From NCBI GenBank assembly GCA_020348985.1, contig CP070761.1, positions 3,018,214-3,058,695 on the forward strand: a DNA stretch of 40,482 nt, in the 5' to 3' direction. Source of the stretch: Candidatus Thorarchaeota archaeon. Its GTDB lineage: Archaea; Asgardarchaeota; Thorarchaeia; Thorarchaeales; Thorarchaeaceae. Positions 1-10,714 of the stretch are shown here, in pieces. The translations under genes were made by a program, and so were the position numbers. Every line of letters begins with the position of its first letter. The stretch's first letter is position 1. The notes under the pieces are model-generated. The model saw only the letters and a list, made by a program, of their open reading frames with translations. It was not told the DNA's origin and made no database searches.

Positions 1-1
1 G

Positions 2-202
2 AATTCGATAGATATTCAGATGAACCAGCTGGCATTCGCATGGGTTCTGAGACATCCAGAAATCTCCTCAACTATAATGGGAGCCAGAACCCCGGAGCAA
101 GTAGCGTCAAATACGGAGGCTTCTGGAATCAAACTTGAAGACAGTGTCCTAGAGAAAATTGATCAAATCATGGACAATGTACCCAAACAGTACTTTCAAT
201 GA
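2..202 (+). CDS. Aldo/keto reductase, C-terminal part (5' truncated by window edge)
   Basis: Frame is open from base 2; QLAFAWVLRHPEISSTIMGARTPEQV..N is the typical AKR C-terminal NADPH-binding segment. Confidence 0.88.
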   Translation, partial: NSIDIQMNQLAFAWVLRHPEISSTIMGARTPEQVASNTEASGIKLEDSVLEKIDQIMDNVPKQYFQ

Positions 203-206
203 AGGC

Positions 207-3200
207 TCATAGACCCTCGGTGAAATCGTCCAGCATATCTCGCCAGTCTTCTTCCTTCTTCTCCTTCGTCCCTTGCTTTATGATTCTATAAGCTGCTAGA
301 GCAATGACTACAATTGCCGCGAGGGAGGCGATCTGGATAATAGGATTATCAATGGTGATGCCAGGCACATTTTCGTTGATTTGAATCAGCACCGAATCTG
401 ATGTGCTCCCGCCCGTTTCGTCGTGGGCTATTGCAGTGATGTTGTAAACTCCATGAGGTAGGCCGCTGACATCATAGGTTATTTCAGACCCATTCCATTC
501 ACCTTGTTCCACGATGGTGCCATTCACAAGAATCTCATAACTTTCTGGAAACGGAGAGGAGAAGCTCCACGTGATAGCCCCCGTCCCCTCGTCAAAGGAG
601 GAATCGCCTGGTGATTGACTCAGACGCGGGGCGTCTACTGCTAAGACTCTGACAATCAAGGTGTCTGAAGCCGAGTTCATATCGACATCATAGAGAACAA
701 GAGTCACATTGTGAGAACCAAATGATAGTCCATCAATATTGACAGATAAAGTCGTGGTGCTCCAGTCCCCCTCGGTCATTATTGATCCGTTGTGTAGACA
801 CATGTAATGGAATGGATTCTCATCATATGTGCTCCATACAGCTGTGTTACCAGTATCACCATAGGTGTATTCAATGTCTGGAGGACCGAGAATCTGAGGT
901 GGATTGAGCTCGTATACGACCCATACGATGACAGTATCATTTGCCGTCTTGCCACCAGTGTCGTAGACAACCATTGTTACATTGTACCTTCCATGAGCAA
1001 GGCCGCTAATGTTGACGTTGATGCTTGATCCAGCCCAAGGACCCTCAACAAGAACACTGCCGTTAAGATAGACAGTATAACTGTCAGGATTGGCATCACT
1101 GGGACGCCAAACAACAAAGCCTAGTCCCAGACTTTCAACGTACTTGATGTCTGCCGGAGAGTCAATTGTCGGCGGTGGATTGAATGTCACGGTTACGAAC
1201 ACTGTGTCTGATGCAGAGCCGCCACTGGAATCCCAGACAGTCATTGTCATGTTGTGATATCCTACAGAGAGACCGTCTATGACTATAACAATGGGTGAAG
1301 ACCATGTGCCGGAATCAAATAGACTTCCATTGTGCAGAACCTCATAGTTTGTTGGATTCTCAGTCACAGGGTTCCACGTAATAGCATGTCCTGTTGTACC
1401 TTCAATGTAACCTACATCGGAAGGACTGTTGATTAGCGGTATTCCTGACTCCAGTACGGTGACAAGAACAGAATCACTCCCAGTGTTAGAATCAATGTCT
1501 GTCACAATCAGTGTATAATTCCATAAACCTGGTGCTAGTCCACTAACAGATATGTAGATAAACGACGTACCGTAAACTGAGCCGGCAATCGATGAGCCGT
1601 TTCTAAACACCTGATGGGAGACATAGTAGTCTTCCTGAAGTGTCCAATTGATGAAATTCCCCGCTTCTCCTTCCACATAGTAGATGTCCGCAGGACTGCC
1701 GATGACCGGGTTCCGATTATCAGTGACATAGACCATAACCGTATCAGTGGAGTTGATGGAACTGGAATCACCCACAATCAAGGTGAAGTTATAGGTGCCG
1801 CGAGTTAGGTAATCCGTACTCCATGAGATTGCAGAACCATTCCATGATCCCGAATCAACCGACACCCCATCTTGAAGAATCTCGAATATATCCGGATACT
1901 GATCCCAGGGACTCCAGACTATCAGGGTGTCAGGGTCCCACTCACCGCGGTAGATATCTGGAGGACTATCTATACTGGGTGGGGTGGTTTCCCAAACAAC
2001 ATGCACGATGACAGTGTCTGAAGCATTGTTGCCGGTAGTGTCCCAGACAATCAACGTGTAGTTGTGGTCTCCGATGGCCAGGCCGTCCACCAAGATTGAA
2101 ATGTCAGTGCCTGCCCATGGACCTGAAGCCTCCTCTGTACCGTTCTTCAGGATTTGGTAGCTTGAAGGATAGTTGTCGGCTGCAGGCCAAGTTAACCAGT
2201 TACCAGTAGACCCCTCGCCGTAAGTTATGTCAGTTGGCGAACCTGGGTCTGGAGGGGTCAAATCCAAGACTTCAACGATTACTTCATCAGCAGACCAGAA
2301 ACCGTTCTCGTCATATACAATTATGGTGAAGTTGTAGGCACCCTTTGCATATCCTGTAAGATTGAACAGAATCGTAGGACCAGTCCATGTGTTATTGGCA
2401 ACCTCAGACGAGTTCTCCAAAACCAAGTATGTGCCGGGATGGTCGTCGCTGACAGTCCACGTGATGTTCACGTCCAATTGGCCCTCTGCCATTTGGAGGT
2501 CCGGCGGTGTATCAACTATTGGCGGATCTGTCTCAATGACCTCAACGATAACCGTGTCAGAGTTGTTGTATCCACTCAAGTCCCAGACAATCAGTGTGTA
2601 GTAGTAGACACCTACTGAGAGACCATCAAGAACCGTTGTAATGCTTGAGTTGTCCCAAGGCCCGGATGCAATGGAGGAGTTGTCTCTCAGCAGGTCGTAG
2701 CTGCTAGGGTGAGAAGTCTCTGGATCCCAGGTTATGTTGTATCCAGTCTCGCCCAAGAGAAACGAGACATCAGGAGGATTATCAATCATTGGCACATCTG
2801 GATTCCAAACTGTTACCCAAACTATGTCATACGCCTCATTTGACTCTGTATCCCAGACCACAACGGTGTAGTTGTAGGTTCCGAGAGAGAGACCATCGAT
2901 AGAGATGTTGACGAACGTTGTGTGAAACTGTGCGCTCGCATCCTGAAGACCATCCTTGAGAACCAGCGCGTTCAGAATGTGGGGATCTGATACATTCCAC
3001 CGGATAACATTCCCGGTCTGACCCACAAAGTACAGAATGTCCGCGGGACCGTCAATAGAAGGTGGAGTTGTGTCTTCAACAGTGACAAACACGGCATCGG
3101 AGACATTGTGCCCATATTGGTCATGAACTACAATAGTGAGGTTGTAGACTCCAAGCGTTAGGCTGTCGATTCCAATGACGATTGGAAAGCCGTCCCAAAC

Positions 3201-6200
3201 GGATGTATGATTGAATGCCTCCTCTATGTACAAGGTATAGTGCGAAGGATAGTTGTCGGACGGTGTCCATGTGACGTTATTCCCTGTAGTGCCTTCAGTC
3301 ATGGTGAAATCCGAAGGACTATCGATGGTTGGAGGTGTGGTGTCGACGTACACAGTAACCCAGACTAGGTCAGCGTTCCAATTGCCAGCAAGGTCAACGA
3401 CATAGATTGTGTAGTTGTGTGCCCCCAAAGGGAGTCCTGACACAGAGACTTGTATGTCTCCTCCGCCCCACGGACCGCTCGCTACTGATATTCCGTTTCT
3501 GAACACCTCATATGAATTGGGATGATCGTCTCTTGGGGCCCATACCAAATTGGGGACTGCATCTCCGAAGTCATATTCGACATCAGCGGGATTGTCAATA
3601 GTTGGATCTGCCGTGTCGTAGACTTCGGGGAACCGGTCGACAGAACTGGCTGTTCCGGGTACATCGTAGTCGCCGAGTCCCGAGTAGTCGGACCACTTGT
3701 TTCCTAGCGGACCACCATTATCCCAGGTATTGCTGAATCCATTGTCCAGCGCATTGCCCATTCCGTTGTATGCGATTATGTTACCAAAGACAATATGACC
3801 TGAGCAACCCGCACCTATCTCTATTCCATACCATGTGTTGTTTCGGATTGTGTTGTTGATCATCTTACAGTTGGACGATGTCTCGATTAGAATGCCTCTA
3901 TAGTATCCATCGCACAGCAGGTTTAGAATCACAGTTACATTGTTGCTTTCTCGAATGTGTATATTCCCATAATGATGGTTGCTATAGAACTCGTTTTGCT
4001 GAACAATTGTGTGTTCAACGTAGTCTAGTTCTAGTCCTTCTTCCCCACAATCGAAAGCGGTGTTGTTCCAGATTTCGCAGTAGTCCGAATTGAATACAAC
4101 AATACCAGCTGAGCCACTGTTGTCTATTGTGCAATTGGAGATTGCGGTTCTGTTCGCGCCGTTGAGATAGATCCCGTGTCCTAACGAGTCAATCGAAGTG
4201 CAGTTCGTGAGGATTGAATCCGTCGAGTCATAGATGTAGATTCCATGATTCGATGTCAGAATCGTCCCATTGTAGACAGAACAGTCAGAACTCACGACGA
4301 TCCGGATTCCATTGATTCCGCAATCACTAATCGTGAAGTTCCTAACAGTGCAATTCGTGCAGCTTTCGAAGTTCACGCCAAGCTCGTACGCTGTGTTCAC
4401 AGTAATGTTGAATACGACTATGTCGCGACAGTAGTAAAGCGAAATGCCCTCTGATACATTCCAGAACTCACCAGAGAAGACCTGCATGTTCTCACAGTTT
4501 GCCAAGGCAATGTGGCCGTAACCTGTCGCATCAAGATTGCCACCAGTGAGGTTCGCAAAGAAACCAATTGGTCGGTCATTAATCCAATTGTTATTGACAT
4601 CGATGTACTGGTTGTCCAAATGCACTCCTGAACGAAACAGCACATTGTCGCATACTTGATGACCCTGTCCGCCCCAGATGGCGATACCCATTCGGCAGTC
4701 TTCAATGTAACTTGCATTTACGACACAGTTGTTGGTCTGGTACACATGAATAGCGTTTGTGCAGTTTCTTACGGTGTTGTCGAACGCTATTGAGTTAGGA
4801 CTGTACCTGAACCAGATTCCGTGAGATGCTCCGTTCTCAACTGTGTTATTAATGCATACAGCATATGGCGACCATTGTAGTTGTATCGAGTATTGTGAGG
4901 GACTCAAAATGGTTGTATTGATGATGCTACATGAAGACGAGTAGTTGGCAAAGATGCCCTTTGAGACTGTAGCTTCATTAAGGATGATTTCACAGCTATC
5001 AACTCTAGTGAAGTCTGACCGTTGGATGAAGAGACCATTCGAGATGTCGGCAATGTCACATTGTTCCAAGAGAACGTTGTATGAATCATTGATGAGGACA
5101 CCCCATGATCCACCTGTGAGTACCGAGTCTAGAATCGAGACATTGATTGCGTCTATAATGAGCCTATCTCCGTCACTTCGTGCCTTGAAAGTACAGTTGT
5201 CAATCCTAGTGTTGTTAGACAGATTGATGTAGAGCGTGTGCGAGGAGCTCCCGCCATACCCTATTGAGTTGTCAGCGTAGTTGTTGACGAATGTGTTATT
5301 GTCACTATACCAGATGTTCAAACATGTGGTGCTTTCATTGATGTGATTGTCAGCAATATAAGCGTCCCAGACCCGATCTAACCACAGCCCGTTCCAGGTG
5401 CTGTAGATTGTGTTCCCCACGAAGCTGTTGTTGTAGCAAACTTGGATGTACATGCCGCACCAAGCATCATGAAAGATATTTCCAACTATCGTCGCATTTG
5501 ATGACGCATAGTTCTGGATTGTACCATATGATCCAAGCACCCCTACGCCCATGTTATTACCGAATTCATTGTCGGTGATGTTTGCACCGTAACAGCCCCA
5601 AAGTGCAGTCTGCTCATAATTGTACAACAGTGTATTGTTCTCCATGAGACAGAACTCGTTATGATAGAGGAAGACTCCCTCGAAATTGTAGCTGAACTGG
5701 CTGTCCTCTACATGACAATTGGAGCCATCAACAATCCAAGCTCCAAAGTGATTGTAGTAGGACGTAATTCCCGAAATGGTAACATTGTCAGAGTAAATCA
5801 CAGCACAACCAATTGAGGAGTTGCTGAAGTCTAGTCCTGAGACTGCAATCTCGCTGCAGTCCACAAGCCAGACCTGACCTGCAGTTCCAGGAACGCTATT
5901 CAAATCGACACCATTCCAATATACCAAGTCTCTGCCATTAACCGTATTCAGAGAAATGTTGTGCTTCCAATTCGGAAGAGGAAGACCACCCATTGTTTGC
6001 CAGTTGACACATTTGAGGTTCATCGCCAGGCCACAATCTTGGAAGATATTGTCCAAAACTGTGACATTTGTTGATTCTTGAAGATTGACCCCTGCCTCCG
6101 AAAAAGACACAATACTGTTGTCACGTATCAGAGGACCATTAGTGCAGTTCTCTGCCTGAACTCCAACTGGCCCAGCAGAGATCTGGTTGTTGTAGATGTC

Positions 6201-7424
6201 AACAGAAGAATCATAGAGAGACAGTATCAGAATTGCTTGTTCTCCCGAATTCGTTATAGTGTTGTTGAATACGATGGATTCGCTGGTGCCATACAGGTGG
6301 ATTCCAGAGCGAGTGCTCGCTTTGATAGTATTGTTGAACAGAAGAACATTGGATGAATTGGAAATGAGGACGCCATCACCCGAGTTTTGAAATGTATTGT
6401 TCCTAATGACAATCGCGTCGGAGTAGTAAGCATTCAATCCGTGAATTCCAATGTCTGTCATTATGCAATCGACCACAGAGATGTTTTCAGACTCGCTCAT
6501 TCCTATTCCATATACTGGACTACGGTCGAGCCTCGCGAGGTTTACTCCCCTTACAGTTGATTTGTTACTTTCAATGATTGAGACACCTGACCATGCGTCT
6601 AGAATATCCATGTCACTTATAGTGCAATTAGTGCTCTGACATAACTGAATGGTGCTTCCTGCCTTCGAAAAGTAGCCATCAGCAATTGTGACATTCCTGC
6701 TGTCGTGGACTATGATTTGGGCATAAGGAGTTCCTGAAATTGTCGTATTCTCTATGCCTTCGAAGTAGCCAATGGGTTCGCTGTCTATGAGGTTGTTGGC
6801 AAAGGTGACGTTGACCCCTCGTTCCATTCGGATTCCTGACCTTGTGAACATGTTATTCTCTATTATTGAGTCATCCGCATATTGACAATAGAGACTTGCG
6901 GAGTCAAACGCGTTGCTCGAGACAACGAATCCAGTCGAATAGTAAATGGCTAGGTTATTCAGGAACGTGTTATTCGTAATAACCAGATTATCACAAGAGC
7001 TAACATATACATCCCTCCATCCGCTAACGAAGGTGTTATTGAAAAGGTGCACATTATCCGCACCCCAAAGATTCACTGGCACTCCGGTTCCTCCGAAGAG
7101 ACAGTGTTGAATAGCGACATGCCTTGTTGTGGTTTGCAGCGTCACAACCGACTCTTCTGTTGAGCCAGTGTAATCACACCACTCAATCAGATAGGGGTGT
7201 GTAGAGTTCCCATATCCTGGAAGACCTAGAGCGTCAAGTTCTGCATCGCTTGTGACGTTGATTTCAGGCCTGATTATATAGTCGCTGACAGAGAATCTAC
7301 GTGTGGACTCATAGGCTACTTCAGTATCCGGATTCCCTCCAGGTACACCGAACACTGCTAGCATGCAGATTAGAAGGATGCAGACTCTGATTGGAGTCAC
7401 AATGCTGGAGGCCAAACCCCTCAC
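207..7424 (-). CDS. Giant cell-surface protein: right-handed beta-helix (NosD/PbH1) region, 12 Ig-like repeats, C-terminal TM anchor
   Basis: N-terminal hydrophobic signal; about 1250 aa of GIxI/NNTI beta-helix repeats ending in the GNKWSDY..DRFP cap; 12 repeats of about 90 aa; TM IIQIASLAAIVVIALAAY; many N-x-S/T sequons. Confidence 0.88.
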   Translation of the reverse strand: MRGLASSIVTPIRVCILLICMLAVFGVPGGNPDTEVAYESTRRFSVSDYIIRPEINVTSDAELDALGLPGYGNSTHPYLIEWCDYTGSTEESVVTLQTTTRHVAIQHCLFGGTGVPVNLWGADNVHLFNNTFVSGWRDVYVSSCDNLVITNNTFLNNLAIYYSTGFVVSSNAFDSASLYCQYADDSIIENNMFTRSGIRMERGVNVTFANNLIDSEPIGYFEGIENTTISGTPYAQIIVHDSRNVTIADGYFSKAGSTIQLCQSTNCTISDMDILDAWSGVSIIESNKSTVRGVNLARLDRSPVYGIGMSESENISVVDCIMTDIGIHGLNAYYSDAIVIRNNTFQNSGDGVLISNSSNVLLFNNTIKASTRSGIHLYGTSESIVFNNTITNSGEQAILILSLYDSSVDIYNNQISAGPVGVQAENCTNGPLIRDNSIVSFSEAGVNLQESTNVTVLDNIFQDCGLAMNLKCVNWQTMGGLPLPNWKHNISLNTVNGRDLVYWNGVDLNSVPGTAGQVWLVDCSEIAVSGLDFSNSSIGCAVIYSDNVTISGITSYYNHFGAWIVDGSNCHVEDSQFSYNFEGVFLYHNEFCLMENNTLLYNYEQTALWGCYGANITDNEFGNNMGVGVLGSYGTIQNYASSNATIVGNIFHDAWCGMYIQVCYNNSFVGNTIYSTWNGLWLDRVWDAYIADNHINESTTCLNIWYSDNNTFVNNYADNSIGYGGSSSHTLYINLSNNTRIDNCTFKARSDGDRLIIDAINVSILDSVLTGGSWGVLINDSYNVLLEQCDIADISNGLFIQRSDFTRVDSCEIILNEATVSKGIFANYSSSCSIINTTILSPSQYSIQLQWSPYAVCINNTVENGASHGIWFRYSPNSIAFDNTVRNCTNAIHVYQTNNCVVNASYIEDCRMGIAIWGGQGHQVCDNVLFRSGVHLDNQYIDVNNNWINDRPIGFFANLTGGNLDATGYGHIALANCENMQVFSGEFWNVSEGISLYYCRDIVVFNITVNTAYELGVNFESCTNCTVRNFTISDCGINGIRIVVSSDCSVYNGTILTSNHGIYIYDSTDSILTNCTSIDSLGHGIYLNGANRTAISNCTIDNSGSAGIVVFNSDYCEIWNNTAFDCGEEGLELDYVEHTIVQQNEFYSNHHYGNIHIRESNNVTVILNLLCDGYYRGILIETSSNCKMINNTIRNNTWYGIEIGAGCSGHIVFGNIIAYNGMGNALDNGFSNTWDNGGPLGNKWSDYSGLGDYDVPGTASSVDRFPEVYDTADPTIDNPADVEYDFGDAVPNLVWAPRDDHPNSYEVFRNGISVASGPWGGGDIQVSVSGLPLGAHNYTIYVVDLAGNWNADLVWVTVYVDTTPPTIDSPSDFTMTEGTTGNNVTWTPSDNYPSHYTLYIEEAFNHTSVWDGFPIVIGIDSLTLGVYNLTIVVHDQYGHNVSDAVFVTVEDTTPPSIDGPADILYFVGQTGNVIRWNVSDPHILNALVLKDGLQDASAQFHTTFVNISIDGLSLGTYNYTVVVWDTESNEAYDIVWVTVWNPDVPMIDNPPDVSFLLGETGYNITWDPETSHPSSYDLLRDNSSIASGPWDNSSITTVLDGLSVGVYYYTLIVWDLSGYNNSDTVIVEVIETDPPIVDTPPDLQMAEGQLDVNITWTVSDDHPGTYLVLENSSEVANNTWTGPTILFNLTGYAKGAYNFTIIVYDENGFWSADEVIVEVLDLTPPDPGSPTDITYGEGSTGNWLTWPAADNYPSSYQILKNGTEEASGPWAGTDISILVDGLAIGDHNYTLIVWDTTGNNASDTVIVHVVWETTPPSIDSPPDIYRGEWDPDTLIVWSPWDQYPDIFEILQDGVSVDSGSWNGSAISWSTDYLTRGTYNFTLIVGDSSSINSTDTVMVYVTDNRNPVIGSPADIYYVEGEAGNFINWTLQEDYYVSHQVFRNGSSIAGSVYGTSFIYISVSGLAPGLWNYTLIVTDIDSNTGSDSVLVTVLESGIPLINSPSDVGYIEGTTGHAITWNPVTENPTNYEVLHNGSLFDSGTWSSPIVIVIDGLSVGYHNMTMTVWDSSGGSASDTVFVTVTFNPPPTIDSPADIKYVESLGLGFVVWRPSDANPDSYTVYLNGSVLVEGPWAGSSINVNISGLAHGRYNVTMVVYDTGGKTANDTVIVWVVYELNPPQILGPPDIEYTYGDTGNTAVWSTYDENPFHYMCLHNGSIMTEGDWSTTTLSVNIDGLSFGSHNVTLVLYDVDMNSASDTLIVRVLAVDAPRLSQSPGDSSFDEGTGAITWSFSSPFPESYEILVNGTIVEQGEWNGSEITYDVSGLPHGVYNITAIAHDETGGSTSDSVLIQINENVPGITIDNPIIQIASLAAIVVIALAAYRIIKQGTKEKKEEDWRDMLDDFTEGL
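380..3620 (-). repeat. 12 degenerate ~270-bp (~90-aa) Ig-like domain repeats within the giant surface protein
   Basis: Recurring DTTPPxIDSPxD..EG..I.W...D..P..Y.....NG.....G.W.....I...GL..G.YNYT..V.D...N...D.V.V.V pattern, counted 12 times; boundaries approximate. Confidence 0.8.
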
Positions 7425-7566
7425 CTAACACCATAGAGGTCACTTAGCTCAAAAGCTGGCTGCAACCTTAGCATCAGGGGGCAATCCACCTAATGATAGT
7501 TTCGTGTGATTTTCAGGGCCCATCCGTCACGTTGATGTAATTCGTAATCCGAGAGATTATGTTCTC

Positions 7567-8061
7567 TCACTCTGGGGGAACCGAAAATCTAGGTGTCAGT
7601 TTTATGCATGGTTCAGATCTTCGGCACCCGTAGAAGGTGAAGTCTGAACAACTAACGCACATAGCAGTGTCATCAGGTGCCCCGTTCACTGATGCATCTA
7701 TGGCTCTGGTTGCTTCGAGACTGGCCATCAATGAGTCGTTTGGACCGCTCTCCATGGACTGACGAAAGTGACGGAGGATCTCCTTAGATTCCTCTTTGTG
7801 ACCAAGGTCGTCAAGGACTAGAGCGAACTCAATCCAGTAGTGGACACGTTCGGGCTTTAGAGAAAGCGCAGTTCTCAAAGCCTGTTCGGCCTCGCCTGGC
7901 CGATTCTCTAGTCTCAAATGACAACCCAAAAGAAACCAAGATTGAGCATCATTTGGAAATGCCGCAACGCGAATTCGAAGGTCGTTCTCGTAGGTTGGGG
8001 ATGTCGTAGCTCGGGGATCCGAGCTTGATGAGTCGTTGTCTTCGCTTCCTTCCTCTTGCAC
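7567..8061 (-). CDS. TPR-repeat protein with C-terminal Cys cluster
   Basis: PNDAQSWFLLG..EAEQALRTALSLKPERVHYW TPR pattern; CVSC-x7-C-x5-C tail; start uncertain. Confidence 0.7.
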   Translation of the reverse strand: MQEEGSEDNDSSSSDPRATTSPTYENDLRIRVAAFPNDAQSWFLLGCHLRLENRPGEAEQALRTALSLKPERVHYWIEFALVLDDLGHKEESKEILRHFRQSMESGPNDSLMASLEATRAIDASVNGAPDDTAMCVSCSDFTFYGCRRSEPCIKLTPRFSVPPE

Positions 8062-8242
8062 TTGGGCGCCCTCCCGGCGTCAACACAAGTTGCGACAGAA
8101 TTCAACGTGCAAACGGGAAGATAAAACCTTTGCAGGTGTATCGACAAAAGCCAGCTCACGGTCAAAAATCGAATTGTTTTGGCGCCAACTTCTAGAACGC
8201 GCATTCCGATAGAATCAAGTTACCCACGCCCACCGAAATCCT

Positions 8243-8992
8243 ATGGCAGCCATCGACTTGACCAACATCGACACGCTGATTTTTGATATTGGTGACACGC
8301 TCTATCACTCAAACACCAATCTTGTTGCCAACAATTTGAAGTTCCTAGCTGAACTTGGTTTGAAGGGCTCCAAGGAATTCACGGAGGAACTCATTGCGTG
8401 CGCAATCAAGGAAGTCGGCGATGGTTGGCTGCATGATTATATGTTAGAGCACAATGTGGACGAGTATTGGGAACCATCCAGAGAGATATGGGTTGAATAT
8501 GATCGCAAGTTCCTCGAGATCCTAGGAGTTGAGGGTAATCTTGACAAATTGGCAGATGACCTGCAAACGAAGTGGGACGAGTTCATTGCTGCGAAGAGGA
8601 CTCCTCTGGTCAATGGAGCAAGACAGACCGTTGAAGAGCTGCACTCCAGGGAATACAAATTGGGCATTGCATCGAACAGGTTTGGAGATCCAAGAGTGCT
8701 TTTGGAAAGGGAGGACCTGAAGAAGTTCTTCGGTTCCATCGAGTATACGAACGTCCCGGGCTACAAGAAACCGTCGCCTTACATGCTGTTGAAGGTCGCG
8801 ATTGAGTTGGGCTCTAATCCAAGAAGGTGCGCTTACGTGGGCAACATGGTAGAGTTTGATGTTGTGTCCGCACAAAGCGCCGACATGATGCCGATTCTCG
8901 TAACATACTGTAATCCGGAGCAAGAAGACTTGGCCCCGGAAGATGCAGTCATCCTTGGTGAGATCAGTAACCTCTTGGATTCGTTTCAGTGA
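8243..8992 (+). CDS. HAD-superfamily hydrolase
   Basis: Motif I FDIGDTL, motif II ASN, motif III KPSP, motif IV VGNMVEFD. Confidence 0.88.
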   Translation: MAAIDLTNIDTLIFDIGDTLYHSNTNLVANNLKFLAELGLKGSKEFTEELIACAIKEVGDGWLHDYMLEHNVDEYWEPSREIWVEYDRKFLEILGVEGNLDKLADDLQTKWDEFIAAKRTPLVNGARQTVEELHSREYKLGIASNRFGDPRVLLEREDLKKFFGSIEYTNVPGYKKPSPYMLLKVAIELGSNPRRCAYVGNMVEFDVVSAQSADMMPILVTYCNPEQEDLAPEDAVILGEISNLLDSFQ

Positions 8993-9000
8993 ATGGAAAG

Positions 9001-10644
9001 TCACTGAGTCTTTGCTTTCCGTCCTCTCTTCTCCAGGACTCGGCCGATCAAGTCGGAGAAGTAGCTCCGGAATGTTGCATCAACTTGGCCAGAGTTCGTT
9101 TGCTCCACCAATGCAGTCGCAGTCTCCTCAGAAAGCATGAGAACAGAAAGTGACTTGCTGATTTCAGTGCGGATGGACTCGAACTTCGCTCCCTTGGTTC
9201 CTTCAGGCACAGCAACCAGTGAGTAGATGACCTCCTTGGACTCGAGAGCGTCTTTCAAACGCTTGGCGGAATAGTACGCAGAAACACCGCCGCTTCGATT
9301 CCAATCCTTCACATTGGGTACATCAATCCCGAGCCAGTACTCCAATCCTTCCTTTTCAACGACCAGAATTGCAGCACTCTGTTTTTGAGTTCCGCCGGAT
9401 GCCATGTGAAGAGATACAGCAACCCCAGAATCATAGCCAACAAGAGTGAGTGCTTGCGAGATTGCTCCAAGGATGACTGTAGGGGTCAACCTAATCACGT
9501 AATCAAGCTGCTCCTCAACTTCCTCCTCTGGCGTCTCAAACAAGATTGAGTCAACTTTGGAGATGATATATCGGATGGCTTCCCTAGGTACACCCTTCGA
9601 AGTTGTAAAGGCCTCTTGGACGTCTGACTTGGCGAGGGGGAATAGCAGATTTGGGGGCGGGTTCATGTTCTGGGTCTCCCAGTATTTGCTCATCGATTCT
9701 GTAACAAAGCTATACACGTCTTCCTCGGTGAAGTGACGCAAGTATGCAGGGTGCTCCATTCGGGACTTCATAGGCGCATCCGCAATCTCGTAGAGTCTTT
9801 CCCATATCTCTGCGAGACTGGATGCAATCAGAACGTAATTCTTGCATTCATTGTAGAGACGTTTTAGGACCTCGAAGAAGTGCCTCTCGCCTTCTTCGCC
9901 GTGAGTATTGTACGGCCCTTCCATCTCATCAATAAACAACACAATCGGGATTTCTGAACCCTCGGCCAGAAGCCTGAGCGTAGCAAGAGTAACGTCATCT
10001 TCTTCTAGAACTGTCCGCACTCCCAGACGACCTATCTCCTCGTCATCAAGTGCATCTCCCAACAACCAACGCCGCGCCAATTCGCTTGTAGGGGGGTCAA
10101 GTCTGTATCGAAGCAGGGCCTTGACAACATCTGCAGAAATGCCAGGATAGTCTACTAGCAATCTTTCGAGAGCATATGTGTAATCATACGTTTCATGAGT
10201 GACGCCCTTGAGTCCGCCAAACTTCGTGATCAGCATGTCAACTGCTTGTTCGAAGAGGTCGTCTCCGAACTCGTCAACAATACAAGCATGGAAGTGTAGG
10301 GGAACTCGGATGGGAGCCGGAGGTGAAGGAACATATACTGCAAGAAACTTGCCCTTGCTAAAGATGTGTTCTTGCTCCTTGATAACCCAGTATAGATGCG
10401 TCTTGCCCATTCCAGCATCTCCAAGGACAGGTTGGAACCTGGGAGTGCCGTCCTGCATTGTAAATCGTACAGCCCGGAATATCGCACGGTCAGCTTCTTG
10501 GTGTGGTCCTGGAATGTCGACGGAATCTGGTGTGTCGCCTCTGGACACATACCTCGTGAATGGCGGATCTTCTCTCATTACTTCCATGTACATCTTGATA
10601 TCGAATTCATCTTGCGATTCTGACGGTTGCTCATCAGGTGTCAT
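9001..10644 (-). CDS. P-loop (AAA+) ATPase, BrxD/DUF2791-like
   Basis: Walker A GDAGMGKT, Walker B LFIDEME, RWLLGD..LGV segment, arginine-finger-like KSR, sensor-II-like GVPREAI. Confidence 0.75.
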   Translation of the reverse strand: MTPDEQPSESQDEFDIKMYMEVMREDPPFTRYVSRGDTPDSVDIPGPHQEADRAIFRAVRFTMQDGTPRFQPVLGDAGMGKTHLYWVIKEQEHIFSKGKFLAVYVPSPPAPIRVPLHFHACIVDEFGDDLFEQAVDMLITKFGGLKGVTHETYDYTYALERLLVDYPGISADVVKALLRYRLDPPTSELARRWLLGDALDDEEIGRLGVRTVLEEDDVTLATLRLLAEGSEIPIVLFIDEMEGPYNTHGEEGERHFFEVLKRLYNECKNYVLIASSLAEIWERLYEIADAPMKSRMEHPAYLRHFTEEDVYSFVTESMSKYWETQNMNPPPNLLFPLAKSDVQEAFTTSKGVPREAIRYIISKVDSILFETPEEEVEEQLDYVIRLTPTVILGAISQALTLVGYDSGVAVSLHMASGGTQKQSAAILVVEKEGLEYWLGIDVPNVKDWNRSGGVSAYYSAKRLKDALESKEVIYSLVAVPEGTKGAKFESIRTEISKSLSVLMLSEETATALVEQTNSGQVDATFRSYFSDLIGRVLEKRGRKAKTQ

Positions 10645-10714
10645 CTTGTGTTTCTCCCGACCTTACTCTGACTACGTTCGTGAGGTATTATGAATGTAGC
10701 TGGACATCTTCAAG

